Part shown: one piece after another, positions 29,465-39,900 of the stretch
Layout of the letters: each line of letters starts with the position of its first letter
Numbering within the stretch: the stretch's first letter is position 1
Source of the DNA: Candidatus Dojkabacteria bacterium
GTDB lineage: Bacteria; Patescibacteriota; Dojkabacteria; JAOAGR01
Assembly (NCBI GenBank): GCA_025999155.1
Contig: AP026679.1
Location: 85,776-149,775 of the forward strand
Direction of reading: 5' to 3'
Length of the DNA stretch: 64,000 bases
Made by a program: the position numbers and the translations under genes
The notes under the pieces: model-generated
Database searches by the model: none
What the model saw: only the letters and a program-made list of their open reading frames with translations
Told to the model about the DNA's origin: nothing

Positions 29465-30379
29465 ATGTCAGGTTTACTTTTTTTGGTAATATGTTTTGGT
29501 CTTATCTTGCTTGGTTTGATAGCATCAAGCGTAAAGATAGTCAATCAACAGTCTGTGATGGTAGTAGAGACTTTTGGTAAATTCAGCCGGGTATTATATC
29601 CTGGCATCAACTTTATCATACCGGTAATACAGCAAGTACGCGCGGTACTCAATCTGTATTTACAAAATTTAGATGTGAAAATAGTGGCTATTACGTCCGA
29701 CAAAGTTACTGTTGTACTTGATGCTACTCTTGTATACAAAATTAGAGAAGATAAAGTTGCGGAAGCGTATTATGCTGTGGGGGACCCTATTGCGGTTATG
29801 AAGTCAACGATAGAAAATAGTATTAGAAGTTATGTGGCAAATCAAACTCACGAGGAAATTCTACAGAAAAGGGACGAGTTAACACAATACCTGACAGATC
29901 ATCTGAAGGACAGATTCGAGGAGTGGGGACGTATGATCTACGCGTTCCAAATTAAAGATGTTTCGTTGCCTGAAGAGATCACGTCTGCAATGAGTAAAGT
30001 CATAGCATCCAAAAGACTTCAGGAAGCCGCTGAATTTGAAGCTAATGCTAATAAAATTTTGAAAATAAAGGCTGCCGAAGCGGATAGAGAAGCAAGAAGG
30101 CTGTCAGGATTAGGAGTGGCAGAAGAAAGATCAGCTATAATCGATGGCCTTAAGTCTAGTGTGGAAAACATGCAAAATGCAACAGGAGCGGATATAAGTC
30201 AAGTGATGAATATTGTTATGTTGACCCAATATATGGATACTCTTAAAACACTTGGAAATTCACAGAATAGTAAAATTATTTTTGTAAATGCGAATCCAGG
30301 ATCAATAGATGAAATCATGCAAAATATCTACTCTTATATCAACAGCGCAAATAAAAGTCATAGGGTGACCACGCTTTGA
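29465..30379 (+). CDS. SPFH/band-7 (stomatin/prohibitin-like) membrane protein.
   Basis: N-terminal TM. VKIVNQQSVMVVETFGKFSRVLYPGINFIIP. Coiled-coil EAAEFEANANKILKIKAAEADREARR. Confidence 0.8.
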   Translation: MSGLLFLVICFGLILLGLIASSVKIVNQQSVMVVETFGKFSRVLYPGINFIIPVIQQVRAVLNLYLQNLDVKIVAITSDKVTVVLDATLVYKIREDKVAEAYYAVGDPIAVMKSTIENSIRSYVANQTHEEILQKRDELTQYLTDHLKDRFEEWGRMIYAFQIKDVSLPEEITSAMSKVIASKRLQEAAEFEANANKILKIKAAEADREARRLSGLGVAEERSAIIDGLKSSVENMQNATGADISQVMNIVMLTQYMDTLKTLGNSQNSKIIFVNANPGSIDEIMQNIYSYINSANKSHRVTTL

Positions 30380-30563
30380 TTAATGGTATTCATTATTTGA
30401 GCATATTTATTAGATTTGAGGGATGGGTTGTATTTTTATCGGCTTGAGGTGAAAGGCAGATTGAGGTTTACTGATTGATTTTAGGGAATATCATAGAGCA
30501 TGTTTAAGGTTTTATAACTTTGCCAGGTATATTAAAATTTTCCATCAGCCAATTTGGAACATT

Positions 30564-31859
30564 ATGAGCGAAAAAATTGTTGTTTATATAGAAAAAATAG
30601 TGCTCGAAGGTAAAGGCTTTGGTGTCTACCACGGTATACCAGTCTATGTAATAGGAGCTTTACCAGAAGAAACTGTAGAGGCAGAAGTATTTCGTGCTAA
30701 AAAAGACTTTAAAGAAGCGATATTGAGTCGTGTGATCCAGCCAAGTCCATATCGCATATTGCCACAAGAAGATCATTATCTATCATGTTCACCATGGCAA
30801 ACAATGGATTATTTGTTCCAAATTAAGCAGAAAGAAAATATTATTCGTACATGCTTTAAACGCTTTGCGGACTTAGAGTTACCTAATTTTGAATTAGTTC
30901 CAAGTCCAGATAAATTTCATTATCGGAATAAGATAGAATTTAGTTTTGGCGAAGATGGAAACGGTGTATTTTTAGCATACCATCGAAGGGGCTCGCATAA
31001 AAATATGTGTAAATTAAATAATGGATGTGTACTCGCACATCCGTCAATTAATGAGAAAGCTCGGATTATATTTGAATTGATAAAACAAAGCGGAGTCCAA
31101 GAATTCGATCTTAAAAGTCTTATAGTGCGCAGCTCAAAATTTGAACAAAAATCTATTGCTATCTTACTTGTAAAAAATGAAAAAGAGAGAGTGCAAAGAC
31201 TTATTGAAATAGCTAAATCTTATCCCATTGACGATTTTGGTATTGCTTTATCTTCATATAAAAATCCAACTCCAACTATTGACAAAATTCTTTATCGAAA
31301 AGGATCATTAACTCTCAAAGAAAAGGTTAATCATTTAATTTTGGAGTATTCGATAGACAGCTTTTTCCAGAATCATATACCTTTATTTGAAATAGCTTTA
31401 AATGATATTGCTGTAAATATAAAGCCAAACCAAGCAATTTTAGAATTATACTCTGGAGTAGGAAGCATAGGCTTATTTTTAGCGGATAAATCTACGAAAG
31501 TAACTGGTGTAGAAAGTGTGAAAAATGCAGTGCACCATGCATACCAAAATGCTCAAAGTAACAAGATTACCAATTATTACGTCATCTCATCTCTAGCAGA
31601 AAAAGTTGATAGAAAAGAATTTATCAATATATCAACTCTTATAGTGGATCCTCCACGTACAGGATTACACAAAAAAGTCCGTAAATTAATTTTAGAATCA
31701 AAACCAGAACAAATCGTATATTTATCTTGCAATCCTATCACTCAAGCAAATGATTACAATAATCTGAAGGAGTTTTATGATTTGACTTTTATTAAAGCTT
31801 ACGATTTTTATCCTCAGACTCCACACATAGAAAGTCTTATAATATTAAAACGAAAATGA
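30564..31859 (+). CDS. 23S rRNA (uracil-C5)-methyltransferase RlmD/RumA-family (TRAM plus SAM MTase).
   Basis: N-terminal TRAM-like barrel. ELYSGVGSIGLFLA (SAM motif I). VDPPRTGL (motif IV). Catalytic C in YLSCNP. Confidence 0.75.
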   Translation: MSEKIVVYIEKIVLEGKGFGVYHGIPVYVIGALPEETVEAEVFRAKKDFKEAILSRVIQPSPYRILPQEDHYLSCSPWQTMDYLFQIKQKENIIRTCFKRFADLELPNFELVPSPDKFHYRNKIEFSFGEDGNGVFLAYHRRGSHKNMCKLNNGCVLAHPSINEKARIIFELIKQSGVQEFDLKSLIVRSSKFEQKSIAILLVKNEKERVQRLIEIAKSYPIDDFGIALSSYKNPTPTIDKILYRKGSLTLKEKVNHLILEYSIDSFFQNHIPLFEIALNDIAVNIKPNQAILELYSGVGSIGLFLADKSTKVTGVESVKNAVHHAYQNAQSNKITNYYVISSLAEKVDRKEFINISTLIVDPPRTGLHKKVRKLILESKPEQIVYLSCNPITQANDYNNLKEFYDLTFIKAYDFYPQTPHIESLIILKRK

Positions 31860-32515
31860 ATGACGACATAATACTAGTAAATAAACCGAAAGGTTTGACT
31901 TCATTTGATGTAATTCGAATATTACGCAAAAAGCTCGGAATTAAGAAGATGGGCCATGCGGGAACTCTTGATCCTTTGGCTACAGGTTTAATGATTATAG
32001 GAGTAGGGAAAGGCACCAAAAAACTCGCACAATATTTAAAAATGGATAAAACTTACGAAGCAGAAATTCTTATAGGAGTAGCTACTGATACATACGATAT
32101 TGACGGGAAAATAATTGAAGAAAAAGAAGTCTTAAACCTGAATGAAGAATTTGTAAAAGAAAAATTAAAATTATTGGAAGGTGTACATGAATTCGAGGTA
32201 CCAAAGTTCTCTGCAGTGAAAATAAACGGCCAAAAACTATACGAATTAGCTCGACAATCTGTGGATTTTATACCACCCAAACGTAAAATGCGTGTATATA
32301 AAGCTGAATTTATGGCGTTAAGACAACATCACGAATATTACATACTTGAGGCTCGATTTGATGTGGCATCAGGTACATACATTCGTACCCTAGCAGTAGA
32401 GTTTGGAAAATTGATAGGCTACCCAGCTACGGTATATAGTATCAAACGCACTAGGATTGGAAATTGTTATCTCGATGATGTCCCTGAGCCAAACTTACTA
32501 GAGAAGTCAGAATAA
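31856..32515 (+). CDS. truB: tRNA pseudouridine-55 synthase TruB (short form lacking PUA). ATGA overlap with the upstream gene.
   Basis: ILVNKPKGLTSFDVIRILRKKLGIKKMGHAGTLDPLATGLMIIGVGKGTK with catalytic Asp in GTLDP. Confidence 0.9.
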   Translation: MNDDIILVNKPKGLTSFDVIRILRKKLGIKKMGHAGTLDPLATGLMIIGVGKGTKKLAQYLKMDKTYEAEILIGVATDTYDIDGKIIEEKEVLNLNEEFVKEKLKLLEGVHEFEVPKFSAVKINGQKLYELARQSVDFIPPKRKMRVYKAEFMALRQHHEYYILEARFDVASGTYIRTLAVEFGKLIGYPATVYSIKRTRIGNCYLDDVPEPNLLEKSE

Positions 32516-33675
32516 ACGTTATGCAAAATTTGGCATATAACTTCCGGCATCTGTGCTTGTCTAATTCCTTGCAACACTGTATCAAGGCTTGGTCTCTGAC
32601 CATGATAGTTTCTAGCATCAAACAATCGTGCATCGTATATATCTACGGCGTTTATTATTAAAGAAAAAATCGCACATGTTAAAGCTAGATTATTTGTATA
32701 ATCCCCCCTTAATCGACCCACAGTAGCTAAGAAATTGTCTGTTTGCAAGTCAGGCTTCAATGGTCCCTCTGGTGTAGTCTTAAACTCCTGTATAAAGCCA
32801 CAGACTTGCCGAACAAAACTGACAAAATCATTAATCCTAACCCCTGATACAGATACTTTTATACCTTGAAAATGTCTTTGAATATCGTCAAACTGCGGAT
32901 AAGGTTGTTGATGATCTATAAGATGATGTAATAAAGCTGCGCTTACACAGACTAATTGTTCCTGTAAGCTTATGTCCTTTTTATCCCCAATCAACACTTC
33001 TGCTCCCTCTATCACATGACCCAACAAAAACCTTTGCAATATATTTCCGCTATTTGGACCATCAAATTTCTGGCCTGTATAAAAGAGTTGTAGAGTACGT
33101 TGAGTCGTACTAGACAACAAAAACTTCCCTACATCATGTAATTTCGCTGCAAGACGTAAAACCTCCGTGACCTGATCAGGTCTCTTGCTACCAAGTGTCT
33201 TTCCCACAAATTGCCGTATATCTCCGGGCAAATCACTCCAGACCCTCACAGCCATTTCACTCATACGCCCACTATGAGCAATAACATTTCGTAGACCGAT
33301 TTTTAGTCCTTCAGAATTATCTCCCCTTCTAATCTCTTGTGGTCTCAGATCTAAATTTCTATCGAGCTTACCAACACCACTTTGCCCAACAGAGTTTGGA
33401 ACACATAAACCATAAGTACCTGAATTGTGTAACTCTTCGATACTAGCACTCTCGACCAAAGCTAACAGTTCAGAGAGTACTGTATGCGTTGTTGGACAAA
33501 ATACTCTTCCTCTAAAAAGAAGCCCCGAGATAGCATGGCGGACATTTTCTCCAACTCTAATTTGTTCTCCTTCTATTCTTCTTAAACCACCGGGACCCGA
33601 TGAATGACCATAATCGTCTCTTGTACTATCTGGTCTTTGTATACCCTCAGGACTCATGGTATAAACACCCAACAA
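32467..33675 (-). CDS. HD-domain dNTP triphosphohydrolase (dGTPase/Dgt)-like protein, diverged.
   Basis: LRLAAKLHDVGKF (HD motif). N-terminal HSS...LRRIEGEQIRV like dGTPase HSSAFRRLEYKTQV. ALLHHLIDH. Visibly more GC-rich than neighbouring genes. Confidence 0.55.
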   Translation of the reverse strand: MLGVYTMSPEGIQRPDSTRDDYGHSSGPGGLRRIEGEQIRVGENVRHAISGLLFRGRVFCPTTHTVLSELLALVESASIEELHNSGTYGLCVPNSVGQSGVGKLDRNLDLRPQEIRRGDNSEGLKIGLRNVIAHSGRMSEMAVRVWSDLPGDIRQFVGKTLGSKRPDQVTEVLRLAAKLHDVGKFLLSSTTQRTLQLFYTGQKFDGPNSGNILQRFLLGHVIEGAEVLIGDKKDISLQEQLVCVSAALLHHLIDHQQPYPQFDDIQRHFQGIKVSVSGVRINDFVSFVRQVCGFIQEFKTTPEGPLKPDLQTDNFLATVGRLRGDYTNNLALTCAIFSLIINAVDIYDARLFDARNYHGQRPSLDTVLQGIRQAQMPEVICQILHNVYSDFSSKFGSGTSSR

Positions 33676-33839
33676 TCTACATAGTGTGTATTATAAGAAT
33701 AAAAATAAAAAAAATCAATTATGATGATGCTACATCTTTTCGATGAAAGTCACGATTTACATTCGTAACTTATTTTTGAAACTCATGATCAAATTTCATA
33801 TAAGACTAAAATAATCCAATGTGATATAATGTCACCGCT

Positions 33840-35927
33840 ATGGCTATGGAAGAAAATAGTACTTTGATGATAGTTTTAGGGCTTTGTTTAGTATTAGGAA
33901 TTGCGTGTGCCATTTTTCTTTTTTCAAAACGTGTTAGTGCCATACCGTATACGGTTCTTCTGACTCTTACGGGAATGGGGTTTGCATATATCAATCCTGC
34001 ATTTATTGAGGCAATTAAGCTTAATCCAGAATCGTTATTTTTGATTTTCTTGCCAATTCTGTTATTTGAATCTGCTTTTAATTTTGATTTTCGAGAATTT
34101 CGTAGGATTATGATGCCCGGCTTTTTGCTAGCATCCTTTGGACTGATTATTTCTGCACTAATCATTGCTTTACCTCTTTATTATTTTTTTAATATTCCTT
34201 TTGCCGTAGCATTTATGTTTGGCTCTGTCATTTCTTCTACTGACCCTATAGCTGTATTATCGCTTTTTAAGCAACTTGGTGTTCCAAAACGTCTACAATT
34301 GCTTGTAGATGGTGAAAGTTTCTTGAATGACGCTACTTCAGTGATCATGTACAAAATTACTTTAGGATTTGCTACAGGGGTTGTCCAAAGCCTGACTTTC
34401 GAGAGTTTCCTAAACGGTATAATAAACTTTGTTTATGTCTTTGTAGGTGGTATTTTAGTCGGAGCATTGTTTGGATATTTGTTTTCTGAAATTATAGCAA
34501 GAATAAAAAATGTGCATGCTGTAGAAATTACTCTGACAATACTACTAGCACATATAGTTTTTATAGTTAGCGAAGAATATCTTGCTGTATCTGGTATAGT
34601 ATCAGTGCTGGCTGCTGGGCTCATCCTAGGGAATTATGGTCGTACAAAAATTTCTCCTGCAGTTACTCATACAATGCATCAGACATGGGAATTACTCGTA
34701 TTTCTAACAACATCTATAATTTTCTTTTTAATAGGCTATGAGATCCACCCGCAAACTATATTAGATCATTTAGCCATTACAATAACCGCGATTATCGCCC
34801 TTCTAATTGCTAGGAGTGTATCTATTTACAGTATTCTCGTCCCGTATAACTTAATCGTATCCGCAAGTTCAAAAATACCAGCATCCTGGATGCACATAAC
34901 TAATTGGGGAGGACTAAGAGGTGCATTGCCGCTCGTTGTAATACTTTCTCTACCTGAAGGTTTTGTGTACAAAGATATACTTACAACACTGGTCCTTGGA
35001 ATAGTGTTCTTTACATTAGTCGTTAATGCGACAACGATTAAACATATGATAAAATTCTTTGGCCTTGACAAAATCAACCAAACTAATGAGATAGAAGTCA
35101 AAATAACAGAACTTTTGATACTTCGTAAACTCAGTAAAAAACTGCATAAGTTGTACCAGATTCATGAAATCAGTCAAGATATTTTTGAGGAAAAAATACA
35201 GTTTGTAAATAAACAAATAGATGAAAATAAAGCGATTCTCCGTACATGGTTTAGCCAAAAACCGGACGAATACAAGAATGAATTAGAAAAAATTTTGCGA
35301 AGGTACTGTCTACAAGTCGAAAAAAGTGTTTATTATTCGCTGTTTGCAAAAGGCATTATACCCGAAATAGTTTATGGGGCATTACGTAGCAGTATTGATT
35401 TACAGCTTGAAAGGCTGAACGAAAATAAACCTCAGATTGATATAGAAAACTCACCAAACAAAAGGACTGGTTCATATACATTGAGGCTAGGATGGTTTGA
35501 TCAACTTATTTTATTACTTGACCAAAACGTCGACTTGGAACAAAAGATCATCGCTTACAATTATAAGTACCATAAGTCACGACTTCTGGGTGATGAACAA
35601 GTATTAAAAGAGATAGATGAATTCATAGGTATTGATTGTTTACCGACTGGCATAGTTCATAAAATAAAGCTACTCTACAAAGAGTTGGAAGAACATAATA
35701 TAGCAACATTGAAAGAACTGGAAATTCAATACCCAGAAACCACAAAGCGTATAGAACTTAAATTTGCAGAGTTAGAAACCAAACATCTGATAAAACATGT
35801 ATTACATCAGTTTGTAGAAGAAGAGAGAATCTCCATCAAGTCTGTTCAATGGCTAAATGCACAAGCGGAGAATGGATCTAGCATATATACAAAACCTTCT
35901 AGGTCTTTATCCATAGCACATCACTAG
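33840..35927 (+). CDS. CPA1-family Na+(K+)/H+ antiporter (NhaP-type) with a long cytoplasmic C-terminal regulatory extension.
   Basis: About 12 TM helices. LPILLFESAFNFDFREF and ATDPIAVLSLFKQLGVPKRLQLLVDGESFLNDAT motifs of NhaP/NHE. Confidence 0.8.
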   Translation: MAMEENSTLMIVLGLCLVLGIACAIFLFSKRVSAIPYTVLLTLTGMGFAYINPAFIEAIKLNPESLFLIFLPILLFESAFNFDFREFRRIMMPGFLLASFGLIISALIIALPLYYFFNIPFAVAFMFGSVISSTDPIAVLSLFKQLGVPKRLQLLVDGESFLNDATSVIMYKITLGFATGVVQSLTFESFLNGIINFVYVFVGGILVGALFGYLFSEIIARIKNVHAVEITLTILLAHIVFIVSEEYLAVSGIVSVLAAGLILGNYGRTKISPAVTHTMHQTWELLVFLTTSIIFFLIGYEIHPQTILDHLAITITAIIALLIARSVSIYSILVPYNLIVSASSKIPASWMHITNWGGLRGALPLVVILSLPEGFVYKDILTTLVLGIVFFTLVVNATTIKHMIKFFGLDKINQTNEIEVKITELLILRKLSKKLHKLYQIHEISQDIFEEKIQFVNKQIDENKAILRTWFSQKPDEYKNELEKILRRYCLQVEKSVYYSLFAKGIIPEIVYGALRSSIDLQLERLNENKPQIDIENSPNKRTGSYTLRLGWFDQLILLLDQNVDLEQKIIAYNYKYHKSRLLGDEQVLKEIDEFIGIDCLPTGIVHKIKLLYKELEEHNIATLKELEIQYPETTKRIELKFAELETKHLIKHVLHQFVEEERISIKSVQWLNAQAENGSSIYTKPSRSLSIAHH

Positions 35928-36255
35928 AAATCCTTTTCTATTCAAGAAAATTTGTTGAGTAATATCTAATTAATCTAATCTACACGGTTGTGCATAAAAA
36001 TACATCAGCTCAATGAAAGCCTTTAGTACGTTCTTTCAGCAAAAAATTTGAAGGACAGTATAGAAGCACCAAATTAAAAAAGAGAGAAAAAATTTTATGG
36101 CAAATTTTTTAGCCATCTTCACAATATGCCGAACTAATCGGTTTTAATATCTTAAATAGTTATTCCCAAGATACTTATATCTCATTTTGATCATGCGTAA
36201 TAATCAATAATAGTATTAGAATTGTGTTATCATTTCTCAATAAATCAAAATCACT

Positions 36256-36537
36256 TTATGCAAAATAGTCTGTACATACTCTAGCATCTTGAGTAAAACT
36301 TGAAGTTGTTATCAAAATTCCCTTATTAGCCTTTTGTCCTGCAAGACTTCCACCAAAATTCCTCACTTCTTTAGAACCGACTACGGTTTCCCACTTTTTT
36401 GTCTGAATATAGATCACATCTAAACCAAGTGTCTCTTCTTTAATTAATAATTCCATCTATACTGCTATCACCACTTTTACTAATCGCCTTGCAAAGATCT
36501 TTTAATGATGCCCCATAGATTTTATAAAGGCAAGCAT
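36256..36537 (-). pseudogene. mrr: Decayed Mrr (type IV restriction endonuclease) gene. The catalytic C-terminal part survives as a 66-aa ORF; upstream fragments sit in two other frames; the N-terminal DNA-binding domain is missing.
   Basis: Minus-strand translations MLAFIKSMGHH* (frame a), SKSGDSSIDGIIN* (frame b), MELLIKEETLGLDVIYIQTKKWETVVGSKEVRNFGGSLAGQKANKGILITTSSFTQDA (frame c). These match Mrr_cat LLLKSMGY / GKSGDGGIDG / LGLETIHIQAKRY...GIFITTSSF. Confidence 0.7.
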
Positions 36538-36698
36538 TCTTGATTGATAATTTGTTATTGCTATATGATGTTTGACATCATACGACCAATAACATTCAAT
36601 TTATCTTAAGTTTCAAAAATATCTCGGGAAAAATTCCTTAGGTAGAATCTAATTCACTTTTAGCTAATCCATTGCGTACAATAAAAGTTTTTTGTCAT

Positions 36699-36784
36699 TG
36701 GCGGAGAGAGTGGGATTCGAACCCACGATACTTTCGTATGCCGGTTTTCAAGACCGGTGCCATCAACCACTCGGCCATCTCTCC
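36699..36784 (-). tRNA. tRNA-Ser, anticodon TGA.
   Basis: Reverse complement GGAGAGATGGCCGAGTGGTTGATGGCACCGGTCTTGAAAACCGGCATACGAAAGTATCGTGGGTTCGAATCCCACTCTCTCCGCCA. Long variable arm. Anticodon loop CTTGAAA. Confidence 0.9.
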
Positions 36785-36942
36785 TAATATACACGAAATC
36801 TCTAATGCAATTATAACGTAACATCAAATCATTTGAAACTAATTGATAACACTTATAGCTAACACATCAGGGGACTTGCTAAAGAGATAAATTCTGCTAC
36901 ATTGTACATATACATATGTAAATAAGTTTTTCAAGTTAGTCC

Positions 36943-39900
36943 ATGGCAAAAATAGATTTTTCAAGAATAAGCAATCTTACCTACAACTGGCGCTTTGTGC
37001 TAAGAAATAGGCGTCTAATTACATTTATACTGATCGGATTGACTCTTATCTTGGGTGGATTAGCAATATTTCTAGCTATTACCATCAATAATCGCAGAGT
37101 GAATCCCGACGATACGGCAGCAGTAGACCCCTGTGGTGGATGTCCCGGTGGTCATTATTGTGATTCGACAACTTGTACCAATCCACCACATGCATTTTGT
37201 TGTCCCAACGATCAAGCATGTGGTTGTCCCATCGCTCAAACCAAGGAAACTCGAATTGTCGATCGTGGCACGCGATGTGGTCCCGCTGCGGGATGTCCGG
37301 AAGGCTTGGGTAAGCAAATGCGTGACTCATGTGAGGTAGGTAAGGATGGACAACTTACTAACTGTACCGATGCTTCGGATGCCGATTGTACTCCAAAGCC
37401 AGGCTGCCCACAGCCAGATGGCACGAACCCTGCCTGTCCTCGATCTGCCATACCGAACTGTGGACAAGGTAATGCCCGCGTAGGAGAAACATGTACGTGC
37501 CAGAGTCAAGGAACAGATCGATTTACTGGCATACAAGTATGTACCGAAACCGGCTGGTCTATTTGTGCTAGAGCCGATGGACAACAGACTCCTAGGGCTG
37601 GCTGTCCGAGTGGTATGCGCCCAGTTAATGGTGTATGTGTGCGTGATTGTGACGGCAACAGTAATATTTGTGCATGTGGTAATAATCTGTGCAGTGGAAC
37701 GGCTGGTCAACGTTTTACTTGTTCAAATGCGAGTGAATGTCAAGTCGTTGACTCAGGGGCGTGGGCTGGGAGTGGAAATTGTAGAGTTGCGGTTGGTCCA
37801 GGTGGATCTGTTGGAGAATGTGCTAGAGCAGAGTTTAGAAGTTGTAACCCTCCTGCAGGGCAAATGTGTCTGTGTTCCGGGCTTGGAGCACCTATTAACG
37901 GCTATAGGTATGGGAACACCACAACCGAACCAGTAGGACGATGCGGAAGCTCTTGTGAAGGTAAGTCTGGGGGAATATATGTCGCTGAGGTTTGCGGTAA
38001 TCCTTATAGATGTCCCGATACTCCTACTTTCAGGCCTCCACCGTGCACTCCGTCTTCGTATTGTGACCCAGTGAGAAATCAAAGAGTGGATACGGTATGC
38101 CATCAAGACGGTTCGAAAAGCGTTATATATACGCCTGAGGAGTGTGGTCCTTGCCCTGTTACACGAGCTTGCCAAGGATGCGATGCGGTCGAATTCAACT
38201 GCCACGGTCAGGTGATCAGAAGAATACCCAACTCGAGCGAATGTCCTTGTACTACCACGACACGAGAGGAAGATGACGCTTGTTCATTTATGACAGTGAC
38301 TGTTGGAGGGCAGTCCATCACAGTAAATAGTGTACTTAGTCCAAACGTACTCAGCGTACAATTACAGCCCGGTCAAGAAATTACATTTAATTCCGGTTCA
38401 GCTGGGCCTAACGCAAATTTTAGCCACTATTGGATGCGGCCGTACGGGCCTGAGGATGGTTGTGCTTATTATATTTTTAACCCTGACACAGAATGGGCAG
38501 GTAGTCCACAAAGGACTTTTAGGCTTCCTGGGAATCTACAGCAATTAGAAAGAAATGACGCTTGGGGGAGAGCTAATTGTAGAGGCAAAACATTTGATTA
38601 TACGAAAGGTGTGATATTTGGAGTAAACTACCTTAGAGACGGAAGACGGTGGGAAGGTAATTGGTGTAGAAATATAGGACCTAACCCTAGTGATAGTAGT
38701 TACTTTAACGCATCCACCGGTAGTCTAAATCGACCATGTCCACGACCGAATCCATGCGTGGTTAGGACACTACCACCACTTGGTGCATGCTCCTCGATGA
38801 CAGTTTCTATCGGCGATCAAACCATTACTGTCAATAATATCAATAGTCCAAACGTCTTAAACGTACAACTGCAACCCGGTCAACAGATTACATTTAATTC
38901 TAGCTCAACAGGACCTGGAGCCTACTTTAGTCATTATTGGATGAGACCATACAGAGCTGATCCTAACGATCCAATTAACCGCCAAGGAACGCGCGAGCAC
39001 ATTTGTGCATATTATATTTTTAACTTCAACCAAGATTTGGGGGGATCTCCTCAAAGGACTTTTACAATACCAAATAATCTTAATGCATTAGAAAGAAATG
39101 ATCTTGCAGGATCTAATGGATCAATTACTGTCAATGGTCAGACTTTTAGCTGTAGAGGTTATGCTCCAGATTATACTCAGGGCGTAATATTTGGAGTCAA
39201 CTATATCCAAAATCCGACCCAGTGGGGAGGGGAGTGGTGCAGTAACCAGGGTCCTAATCCTGGTGATAGTGGCTTCTTTAATGGCTCGATCAATCTAAAT
39301 CGACCGTGTCCTACGCCGAATGTATGTGTTGTGAGGACCCAGTATACTCCACCACCGCCAACAACACCACCCCCACCAGCACCACAATGTACGAGTATAA
39401 CAATACAAAATCAGACACGTAATACATCTTGTAATGCATCTAACCCGAATGCATGTAACGTGATGCAAGGAGATCAGCTGAATGTCAGTGTTACTGGTTC
39501 CGGCACGATTACGCGTTATGGATTAACAACCCAGGTGATACGAGGTCAGAATATTACGACCAACAACCCGACGACTCAAGAATCAAGCCAGTTTAATTCG
39601 ATTACTGTGCCAACAGGAAACGATATTACAGGGTTTGCCATAAGGGGTAGTGTGGAGAATGTTTCTGGATCTCAAAGCAGTGATAACTGCTTCGTTAGAT
39701 TCACATTTACACAGAACCCCGAAATCCAGAAAACCATTAATCGTGCAGGGTCCAACCCTGCGATCCCAGAATCAATGAACCCTGTCGTTGTATCGGGAGG
39801 TAACGTAGTTGAGTACGATATAACTGTGCGTAATAACGGGAATTCAGTGCTTCAAAACGTATTAGTATATGATCGAGTTATTAATCTAAACAATGGAAAC

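Noticed and set aside
30380-30563. Three TTGAGG motifs in the band7-rlmD intergenic region as a regulator operator.
   Set aside because: The hexamers are short, irregularly spaced (about 24 and 17 nt) and not part of a longer dyad. Insufficient evidence.
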